A DNA stretch of 63,438 bases, filler included, from Welwitschia mirabilis (lineage: Eukaryota): assembly GCA_051453625.1 (NCBI GenBank). It is 4 parts of one record of this genome, joined end to end, with 100 filler letters (N's around TTAATTAATTAA, not from the genome) between each part and the next. Parts side by side here need not be neighbours in the genome. Positions count along the whole stretch, not along the records: positions 26,549 to 57,679 come from JBOZIK010000001.1; positions 57,780 to 61,406 come from JBOZIK010000001.1; positions 61,507 to 63,438 come from JBOZIK010000001.1; 1 more part is not named here. One strand, 5' to 3'. The translations under genes and the position numbers were made by a program. Shown in pieces: positions 53,201 to 63,438 of the stretch; the stretch's first letter is position 1; each line of letters opens with the position of its first letter. The notes beneath the pieces are model-generated. The model made no database searches. It was not told the DNA's origin and saw only the letters and a list, made by a program, of their open reading frames with translations.

Positions 53201-56200
53201 ACTTTTTTTAATTCAAAGCTTTAGGGAAAGGTGAAATTTCCTCATAAGTAATTTTTTTTTTTTTTTAACTTTCCTCTCATATTTAGATTTACTTTATGGT
53301 AACCCTTGCTTAATTTCTATGCCACCTCTAAGTTAAATTGCTTTAGTTTATTCTAAACATTTTGACCCTTCTTTTAGAAATCTAACTCTCTTAGGATTTG
53401 ATTGAACACTCATCAGGAGTTTTTCTATTTTCCATTAGTTTATTAATGAAAGGATATGGGTGGTCGTTTGTTAAAGTTGGTATGTACTCTATTTAATACT
53501 TTGATTTATTTGTGCTTATGATTCTATGAACGTTTTGGAGATTTCTTCTAAGAGGTTAGATGGTAATGGTTTTGGGTAGTTGGTTTTGAAATGGATTGGA
53601 GGAGGATGAAGAATATAGATTTCTTGGTTGATTAATTTGATTGTCTTACTTCTAAGAAAAATTAGGTTGATTCCTCCACCTAAGGTTATATGTGTTCGAG
53701 TATGGAGCATTTTTTGTATTTTTCCCTTATTGTTTTATCACCTTAACTTACTTATTAACAGTATTTTGGAACAAGGAGATGGAAAGATATTTAGTTGTTT
53801 CATGAATATCAATGTGGCAAATCCAACATTTAGGCTTAGGGAGAAAAGAAGGTAAAATGACTAAGGATTATAGTTTCCTCGATAATTCATCTATTTTGTT
53901 ATTCACCTTGACAATTTTAGGGACCTTAAAAAATTGTTGATTTAACTAAATGATATGATCTTGAGGATTTAATAGGTTTTTCCCAATTTTTTGAGCTTTT
54001 AGCTATATTTCTAAGTATTCCTAAACCTCATCTGAAGGCATGCTAAGAAAATTACCCTAGCTCATCATCTCAACTAATTAGTGATTATTAGTGGATAACC
54101 CACCATAGAAGAAATTTATTTCCCTACTCAACCCAAAACTATGTTGAGACATTTGAATAAAAAGTATTTAAATCATTGATCTTGGAAAAAGATTCATGGT
54201 CCTTCTATTGGAAATTCATAATTTCTTTCCTCTGGGCATTTTTTTAATGGTTGAAAAATAATTTAAAGATGAAAGCTTTACTTAAGTCTAAACAATTTGT
54301 AATGGAGAATGGTTTTAAGGTGTATNNNNNNNNNNGATTACATCTTTTCTTTCAAGGGAATGGAAATAGGTTAAACCTGAGTGCATCATGATTGTTAGGC
54401 TATTGAGGGATGATTGATAGGGCACACTTGAATTCTTTGAGATGGAGGTATGAGTCTTCAGATTCTAAGCCATGAAAGTGAGGTAAGAGTTGCATAGTAA
54501 AGGGTTTGAATTAGAGCCTCTAATTAATGGGTGAAGACTTATGCAAGGTTGTGTTCTTATGCTTAATGGTTGGAGGTAATCATAAAGGATTTTCATATTA
54601 ATTAGCAACAGTAGTAAGGGTAGCTTTTGACTACATCTTAGGAAAAATAGTAGGCTTTCAATATATTGAGCATCTCCTAGTCAAACCAATCTCCATTGAA
54701 TGCATCTTGAAGTTTGAGTGAGTCATTTGGGTTTTGGTGTGATTGTTGTAATGAGTTAGTTTGTAGATTAGTTTAGTTGTTTTGGGAGGTTAAGGTTTAG
54801 TCCCTTTGAGAATCATAGTGAGCTTGATTACTAATCTCTTACATTATTTTGTGATTAGTAAAGGAGTTCATGTTATTTTGAATTAGTATTCTAGTTTCAT
54901 CACGGGTCTAATTCATGCAAGAACAAGTCTAAAATGTTGCAAGAAGAGTTTAGCTTGTCTTTAAGTTGGATTTCACTGGGCTTGCAAGTTGCTTGGGCTT
55001 TAAGGATTGCATAGAAAATTATATCAAAAACTAAAAATGTTCTAGGCAAAAGAATGGAGGCACTAATGAGGAAAGGTAGTAGTGCTAGTTAAGCTATCAG
55101 TTATAAATTTATTTTTCATCCATAGGTTTGTTGATCTCATGTAGAACTATTACAGTAACAAGATCACAAGGAATCAAAATCAAAACAAAAAATTTGAATA
55201 AAATTGAATCCAATAATATCAAAATTATGAAAAAAATTTTAAATAATTTTAATGTTTTACACACAAAGCAATAACACAGAAACAAAAATTTAAAAAAAAA
55301 AACAAAAAGAACTTAGCAAGAAAGAAACGCATGTAATATAATATAAATTTTGATTAAAAGTTTTTAAGGTTTTAAGTTTTTTAAACTCTAAAAGCAACCT
55401 TTTAAAAAACATTAAACCTTCACAAAAAAAGTTAGAGAATAATCAAAAACAAACTTTAAAATAAGCCAGACCAATTCAGATAATCTTAGAAGGACTAGTA
55501 CTAACTACGGAAAAGAAAACTAAACACACAAAACAAAAGAAGATGGACTAGTTCCAATATCATTGAAAAAGGACACAGTATCCACCATTGGANNNNNNNN
55601 NNATAAATACAAAGTATGTATAAAACTTGCAAAAAAGAAAACTAGTACTCCTCTAAGCTACTACTATGTCGTTATCCCTAAGAATGGTGCCAAAATCTAA
55701 TTAGTGTATTACATTGAAATAGATTTAAACCTAAGTTTATATTTAGTTAATCATTTTTCCTCAAGGATAACATGGATTTAAGTTCAGAAATTTACTAACT
55801 AAACTTTAATGCAAGTTACAAATTTTAAATTAAAAAAAGGAAAAGAGATGATCTTTAGATTTGGGTTTAAACTTCGTCTTAAGAAAGAAGGGAAGAAACT
55901 AGCTCTAAGATTTTATCATTTATCCTTAGCAATCCTATACCCTAATGTTGTCCAATTACCTTCCTACAAAATATTTAAAACCATCAAGTGCTTTTGGTTC
56001 AAGTCATAAGCCATAATTACATCCATCATGTGATAAAGGGTGAATTCAATTAACACTTTAGACTTAAAATAAAAGAGTGCAATAAAATATTCTGTTATAA
56101 TTTCAATCTCATAAATCTATCATAGAAATATTTTGTTTAAGGGGAGGTCGTGAAGAATGTAATTTGATTTGAAATATGAAATTTATATTTAGGTATATTA

Positions 56201-57240
56201 TTTACACTATTTTCAATGAATTCTTGTAGAAATTAATGCTTCTACAAGAATTGTTAGGAACAACCCTTAGAAAAATCATATACTCTATTAATTTATATAG
56301 TTAACCATGTATATAAAATACAATATGAGAGAGTTACGTAACATGAAAAAAGTAACAAAATAATTCTAGACAATACATATTTCAAAGCACTGTTATATCC
56401 TAAATACCTACCCAGCAATAGACATAGGAGTAAGAGAGAAGAAAATCTTACTTTGTTAAGTAATATAATAGTTCATAATTCTTCTCGACATGTAAACAAA
56501 GTATAATAGCATTTTGAAAGATAACTTCTCAATTCTGCAATGTGTAACAAATGCTGGAATAAAATAAAAAATGTAATGCTTGTACTAAGATAAATAAACT
56601 AATTACAAATAATGTTTTCTTTGTAAGTCACAACTGAAATTAAGAAGAGTGCTCCAATGATGAACCTAGACTTGCTACCATCTCTAGATGTTATGCAAAG
56701 AGTGGAAAAATATCGTCTAATTATAGTTATAGGTTGTATTTATACAAGCTCTAAGGTAGTTAGAGGGAGGACACTTGACAAGGATGAGTATTAGTCCCTC
56801 CTATATTAAGGTATTACATTGTCACATGTTATGCATGAATTTAGTAGAGTTTAAATAGATTTTTCCTAAATTTTAGATTTTTCTACATTTAGCATGTGGC
56901 ATTTGCATGTAATGGATTCATTTTTCTTTTTGGCCTATTAACCTCCATTAATAGTCACTTGTCATCATGCTCCAAGTGTACATAACATAAACTTGCAAAA
57001 GGATGACTTATTTTCATTAGTTACTAAAGTTATGTACTATAATCAAGCTGACAACCTAAATTATAATTCCAACATAATGCCTATTTAAAAAAGATAATTA
57101 GTAGTAGTTATGTAAACTAAATATTAATTTCCATGTTTATAACCTATACTTATGTATGAAAATATATTATTTTAAATGCAACTTGTGTTCATCATTTGCC
57201 CCACATTCAAGCTTTTTCTAGTCCCTAGCAATTAATAAAA
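50212..57240 (-). mobile_element. Athila-like family D copy 2 with PBS (55675-55692), LTR (~55698-57194) and a further PPT/3' tip (57195-57240)
   Basis: Homologous to copy 1. PBS TGGCACCATTCTTAGGGA. On the far side of the LTR the minus strand reads GCTAGGGACTAGAAAAAGCTTGAATGTGGGGCAAA-TGATGAAC (Athila PPT + LTR start). Confidence 0.8.
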
Positions 57241-57679
57241 TTCTTCAAGAATTTACTTAGAATTTCATTTGATTTAATATGCCTAGTTAGAATCTAACCT
57301 GCACCATTAGCTAAGTTTTGGGCGGCTTACTTGCTTGCGAGCCACATGATCCAAAGGCCCTCTGCATATGAGCCTTTTAATGACCTCTTGGCGTGTTTTT
57401 TAATGGAAAGTTTTAAGAAGAGCTTGAAAATCTAGATGCAATCAATCTGTTGTGAATTTGAGGAATTTCTGTGAAAAACAAATAATTTGTGTGAGAAAGG
57501 TGAAGAAAATGAGCGTCGTTGCGCGGTGAGAGCCTTTTGTTTCTCCCATAATACCCGAAAGCAAAGAAAAATGCATCATTCTTAGACTTTTCTTTTATTA
57601 TTGGGGTAAAAGAGGAAGAGCGGTAAGGAGAGAAAGAAGAAGAGGCTCTTCCGATTTATTTCAAGACTCGGATTCTGCT

Positions 57680-57779
57680 NNNNNNNNNNNNNNNNNNNNN
57701 NNNNNNNNNNNNNNNNNNNNNNNTTAATTAATTAANNNNNNNNNNNNNNNNNNNNNNNNNNNNNNNNNNNNNNNNNNNN
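57680..57779. other. Artificial scaffold-joining spacer
   Basis: 44 N + TTAATTAATTAA + 44 N. Confidence 0.97.
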
Positions 57780-60700
57780 GAAGATGTGAAAAAATGATAT
57801 TTTTGGATGATAATTCTTGCAAATAGTAAAGCAACTAGACTAACTGAAGATTCACTAAAGACTATCATCTACCTCATCATCTAAATGTCAGTAGGGATGA
57901 CCACATAACTAGTTGATAATAAGTCTCATAGGCAGTTAGACTATAAACAAACATGTAATTTAACTATCAATTAACATCATCTCCTCTATCGTCTGGATGA
58001 CCAGACAGACAACACCATTTTCTTATACTTTCAANNNNNNNNNNNNNNNNNNNNNNNNNNNNNNNNNNNNNNNNNNNNNNNNNNNNNNNNNNNNNNNNNN
58101 NNNNNNNNNNNNNNNNNNNNNNNNNNNNNNNNNNAATGTTCACCTAAGCTATCGCCACTTAATTGTAATTTTTCTTTGCATGATAATTAGGGTTTTCCCT
58201 ATGCTTTTTTATCAGTTTTCTTTCTTATTTTGATTCTATAAATAAAGGTCTACTCCTTGATTCCCAATCATCTTCGATAGTATCTGACATACTTGTGATA
58301 GGAGATTGAAGGACTAGAGAACCATTTTGTAATTTCAGAGACATGTTTCCTTAGTATTGGATTGCATCTCCTCCATTGAGGAATGGCTACTTTCTAATAC
58401 AGATGTGATAGTATTTTTAATAATAAAATATTTTCTTTTGTATTAAAATGTATGAATGATTTTCTCCCTCATAGTTTATGTTATTTGAGATTCAGTGACA
58501 AGCTTCTTTTGTGATATACATTATGAGGATAACTTTTTTTAAGGTTTTGCTTGGTTAGTTTAGGTGCATTGCTATTTTCTTTCCTAGATTAGACTTGCAT
58601 AAGTGTGTTTAATTTCATTTCCATGCATTGAAAATTATTTTTGTAGGTTAAGATTACCATATTTTTATCTTGAAAGCAACTCTTTTATTTTCATACTTTG
58701 ACCTTTAATGGATTATGACATTTGAGTCACTCTCATCTATATTAGTGTGTTGTGCTTATGCATATTATTTGTGATTAACAAGATTTAGATTAGAAGGTAA
58801 AAATTACATAAGTACATGCTAGAACATCTTAACATTATTATTGAGGAAGACTACTTAGAGTTAGAGAGTTCTTGTTGCTTTGGTGAATATTCTGGATGTT
58901 TGTTATAGTAGTGATATGACAGTACCTACTATAAGTTTTTTTTGTTTTAGTTTTTTCTTTTGCTAACGTCCCCTTCTATTGTCCAGATTTCACAGTGGAT
59001 GACATTCCCATTTTCTACTTTTCCTCTTTCTTTTAGTTTCTGTGTTTCTGTTGTCTAGGTTATTATTTGGATAACTTACAAGATGGCACTTTGATAGATC
59101 CAAGATAGAGTATGAATGATTAAGATTGTGAAAAAGTAAAAACACCAAAGAAAGTAACTATTAATTTCTAAAAACATTAGAGAAAGTTTGATAAATTTTA
59201 AAATAGAAAAAAATTAAAACAGCAAAGTTATGTAAGATTTTGAAGTTCCTACAATTTCCACTTTTTCTATAGATTCTGATTTTGCTACCATGTCAACCTC
59301 TACTCAAAGACTTAAATAACTTGTCTCTCTAAATCCACCTCTTGTTATTGGAACCCTTACTTCTACTCCTTTTTAACCCAATACTCATGCTATTTTAAGA
59401 GATCTTATAGCAAACAAAAAACATGAAATCCAAAATCCTTTTGACTTACCTCTCGGTGATGATGTAGAACTTTGAAATTTGAATGCTTATCCTACCTTTA
59501 GTAAAGAGTCTAATAAAGATCCTTTGTAACACATTGCCGAAATTGAGCAACTTATTCTCACTTTGGGAAATATTAAAAAATGAATAAGTAATAGAACCTA
59601 TATGGTTATTTTTCGCATTACCTTAACATATAAAGTAAAACTTTGGCTTAGAATGATTCCCCATAGGAGCCTTAAATCTTATAATCAAGTTTAAGAAGCC
59701 TTTATAAAGAGATTCATGAGTGAAACCACCATCTAAAAGCATAATAAAGAAGTCACAAACCTCCAACAACTACCTAATAAGGACTATACCTCCTCTTATG
59801 AATGATTCTTTGTTGCTTTGCATTCAAATACTATAGATGCCTTCTCATAGGTAGAATTAATTGACTATTTTTATAGTGGATTAAATAATCATATCAAGAA
59901 ACTCATAGATTTTCCTTGGAAAGGCAACTTATTAAAATAATTTAGGATATTCTTAGAAGGTATTGAAAGATTTAGTAGAAGTAAGTCAAACTTGTCCTAA
60001 ACCCTTATTTTAAGAAAACTGAATAGTAGGCTAAATTATTAAGGACCTAAAAGAAGTAAAACATAATAAGAATGAAATCAAAATATAAAATAAACCAATT
60101 AGCATCATTAAGGATTTTACTTCTATCTTAGAGAAATACACCTAAATGATCTTTGATGCTAAAGTGGTAATCAAGAAGAGTGAAGTTGTTGTTCCAACAT
60201 GCAATTTGTGTAAAGATAGTTATCATGTCATAAAAGATTACCCTTTACTTCCTACTTACAAATAGAGAATCTATGATTAAGTTTGTGCCTTTAACCAAAG
60301 ACCTTCTAACTATATACAAAACCCTAACTAAAGATAAGTCCAAAATTACAACTTTCAAAATAGGATGAGTGAGCAACCAAATTCTAAAAATTTTCGAACA
60401 CATCATCCTAACTTCCAGTCTTTCAGAAATAGATTTGGACATCCAAACTTTTAATCCAATCATCTAAATAACTTGGCAAGCCCTTTTAACTCCCAAAATC
60501 ATAGTGATCCTTTTAGGATTCCATTGACAAGTTAAGAGAAAACAAATGGAAATATAAAAAATCTTGTAAGTATTTTACAATAAACCATGCTTGCCAATTA
60601 AAACCATAAGGGATCCTTACGACTCAACCTTTACTAAACCCTAATAAAGTAAGAAAGAATTATAAGGTAGCAACAAGAAGTGGAAATGACATAATCCATG

Positions 60701-61406
60701 AGGTTTCAACTTCCAAAAATGACAAAAATGATGAGTAAGAGAACATATAAATTCTAGAAAACCATTCCTTCCCTTCTTCACTTAGCAACAAAAAGAAGGA
60801 TCCTTCACAAAAGAAACCTACTACCCCATGGCTTCATAGGCTTAACACAAATTCCATCTTTGATGATTATTTAAAAGCTTTAATGCAAAACATGAACATC
60901 AACTTATATTTTTGGAAACTTTTACAAGAGAATTCCAAATACTCTAATTTATGAAAAGACCTAATAAGAAAGAAATAAAAATAAACAATTATTACTAAAG
61001 TCTTCCTAGCTTGATCTATTAATAACTTGATTTATAATAAGTGTCTAAAGTTTAAAGATCTAGGGGCAGCAATCATTAGTTTCACTTTATAAGGAAACTG
61101 TAAAATTAAAAAAGCCTTGATAGACATAGGAGATTATGTCAATATTATTCCCTTTCATATGTGTAAACATCTTAGGTTGAAAGAAAGAGTAGATCCTACA
61201 TGCATTATCTTAGAGTTAGTCAATACATCTATGAAGAGACCTTTAAGTATGATCAAGGACTTGGTCATTCAAATAGAGAAAGCTTTCTATCTAATTGATA
61301 TAGTTGTTTTAAAAGCTAAGAATCATGGTGGATATCCCCTACTTCTAAGTAGAGCTTTCTATGTAATAGTCCATTACATACTAGAGATAAGAACCGAATT
61401 GATGAA
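57780..61406 (+). mobile_element. Athila-like family C relative: partial LTR to 58826, PBS 58830-58847, decayed gag and protease
   Basis: Colinear with 32700-36120 (KHEIQNPFDLPLGDDVEL; LIDIGDYVNIIPF...GGYPLLLSRAF). ORF 61117-61406 is the aspartic protease remnant. Confidence 0.85.
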
Positions 61407-61506
61407 NNNNNNNNNNNNNNNNNNNNNNNNNNNNNNNNNNNNNNNNNNNNTTAATTAATTAANNNNNNNNNNNNNNNNNNNNNNNNNNNNNNNNNNNNNN
61501 NNNNNN
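61407..61506. other. Artificial scaffold-joining spacer
   Basis: 44 N + TTAATTAATTAA + 44 N. Confidence 0.97.
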
Positions 61507-62193
61507 AGTAACCCTTTCAAGGGGTTTCTAAATGACTTATATAGACATCACAATGAATATAGCTGTTGGATCTTTTTTATGGGGTCCCTAACCGTTGGTC
61601 TGCTGTTATAAACATTTGAACATCATCCCAAAGAGGTTCTAACCGTTGGTTCTAACGTTCTTGCTTGAAAACCGTGTCGTTCTGGCATCTGCAACATTCA
61701 TATTCTTTTGGGTCCGACGTCCCACTTTTTTGTATTGGACATCTCGGTTATAACGTTAAGTTTCTGAGTTAGATCTAGACATCCCAGTTTCAGATCCGGA
61801 CGTCCCCATATATCTTTACTGCATACAGGTCTGGACGTCCTGTTTTGCAGGTCGGACGTCCCAATACATTTGGACTGTGTTGTAATCCAGACGTCCCAGA
61901 TAGCAGGCCGGACGTCCCAATATATTTGGATCGCGTTCAATGCCGGACGTCCCATATAGCAGGCCGGACGTCCCTATACATTTGGACTGCGTTTAGTGTC
62001 GGACGTCCCATATAGCAGGGAGGACATCCCTATACATTTGGACCGCGTTCAGTGTTGGACGTCCCAGTTTGAGAGGCAGACGTCCTAGTTTGAGAGGCAG
62101 ACGTCCCGTTTGGCACAACTTCTAATTTTCCACATGAAACAGTGTGCTATTGCCAGCCCTTGCTCATCATTGAAACCAATTATTTCTACAACA
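61507..62193 (-). mobile_element. CpG-rich, probably young LTR (U3 part) inserted into a copia RT
   Basis: The minus strand starts TGTTGTAG at 62193. TATA-like CTATATAAG at ~61535-61543. It abuts copia RT sequence mid-domain (KKFDDFI). Confidence 0.65.
61847..62107. repeat. 56-bp tandem repeat x4 plus 20-bp repeat x2, rich in GGACGTCC palindromes
   Basis: GCAGG unit starts at 61847, 61903, 61959 and 62015, followed by GTTTGAGAGGCAGACGTCC twice. Confidence 0.92.
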
Positions 62194-63438
62194 AGAAGTT
62201 TGATGATTTTATACAGAAATAGGGATACTCCAAATGTGATTATGATCATTGTGTGTACCTTCACATGAATGCTTGAAGTACGATTGTCATTCTTATGTTG
62301 TATGCTGATGATATGTTAGTTGCTAGAAATAACATGAAAGAAATCAAAAAATTGAAGCATGAAATGTCCAAGACTTTTGCCACTAAAGATCTTCAACCAA
62401 CAAAACAAATCCTTGGAATGAGGATTGTTAGAGACAGATCACGTCGCAGGTTATGGTTAAGTCAACTTGAATATATTGGCAAGGTTTTGAAACATTTTAA
62501 TATGGTAGATTGTGAACCTGTTTGTACTCCTCTTACTACACATTTCCAATTAACTCTTCGAGGTTGTCCTAATTCAGAGAAGAAGAAGACAAAAATCACA
62601 TGTGTGCCTTATGGGTCAGCTGTATGAAGTTTAATATATGCTATGGTCTGTACGAGAACAGACATTGCTCAAGCAGTGGGAGTTGTTTCACATCTCATTA
62701 GTAATCCTAGGAAAGAGCATTGAGAAGCTATAAAATGGGTTCTTCATTACTTGAAGGGAACCCAACATATGAGTTTGTGCTTTGGCAATACTAATTTGCA
62801 TATTACAGGGTATGTGAATGCTGATTATGCTAGTTGCAGGGCTACCAGAAGGTCTACTATAGGGTACATGTTTGCTTTTGGTGGTGGAGCTGTTAGCTGG
62901 ATGTGCTGTCTATAATCTGATGGTGCTATTTCCACTACGGAAGCTGAGTATGTCACCTTGACAGAAGCTGCTAAGGGGACGTTATGGCTGCATGGTTTTG
63001 TTGGCTGGTTGGGTTTTCGTCAAGCCAAGTTTGTCTTGCACTGTGAAAGTCAGCGTGCTATACATCTAGCGAAGAATCTTGTTTATCATGCTAGAACTAA
63101 GCACATTGATGTTAAATATCATTTCATCATGCACAAGATCAAGAAATGCCTATTAGGTGTTTGGAAAATTCACATGCATGCAAATTATGCTGATTTTCTG
63201 ACAAACGCTGTTGATGGCACAAAACAAGAGGCATGTTGTAATGGAACTGGATTGGGGACGTGATCTAAAAGTATGGAAGTAGGCATTTCTTGTAGCTTCA
63301 AAAGAAGTTGTTCTTGAAGACTCGCCAAATTTGTCTTGAAGTGGGAGAATGTTGGAAAAGTGAAGCCAAATTTGTCTTGTTTATATTGTAATGTTACGTT
63401 TTAACATTGAACCCCCATTTTTTGTAATATTGTAAAAC
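62194..63438 (+). mobile_element. Ty1/copia (Tnt1/Tork-like) RT-RNaseH pseudogene, PPT 63338-63349, 3' LTR from 63350
   Basis: LYADDML, KQILGMRIVRDR, VPYGSAV*SLIYAMVCTRTDIAQAVGVVS, STTEAEY, AIHLAKNLVYHARTKHIDVKYHFI, with several stops. GAAGTGGGAGAA directly precedes TGTTGG. Confidence 0.93.

Noticed and set aside
61847-62070. Palindromic repeats with regular spacing, superficially CRISPR-like
   Set aside because: The intervening sequences are themselves repeated (56-bp tandem unit), the context is a eukaryotic LTR, and there are no cas genes.

Overview
Very AT-rich, CpG-depleted eukaryotic DNA, almost certainly a land-plant nuclear genome. It is not one continuous locus: three identical artificial spacers (44 N + TTAATTAATTAA + 44 N) split it into four pieces (1-26448, 26549-57679, 57780-61406, 61507-63438). 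Most of the window is nested, decayed transposons: several Athila-like Ty3/gypsy elements (tRNA-Asp PBS, mostly non-autonomous, two apparently in tandem arrays), an older Ty3/gypsy host, a 5'-truncated L1 LINE with poly(A) and TSD, two Ty1/copia remnants and two Helitron RepHel remnants. The only host gene is a small QALGGH-family zinc-finger ORF (43020-43412, minus). It lies in an inverted duplication with a heavily deaminated pseudogene copy (40940-41353, plus). Around it cluster four copies of a ~360-bp non-autonomous Helitron-like element (5'-TTTGG, 5' hairpin, sub-terminal inverted repeat, 3' hairpin, CTAG-3', A|T target), whose 5' end resembles that of the neighbouring RepHel-coding Helitron. 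All protein calls come from manual translation and motif recognition, with no database searches; boundaries marked approximate are estimates.
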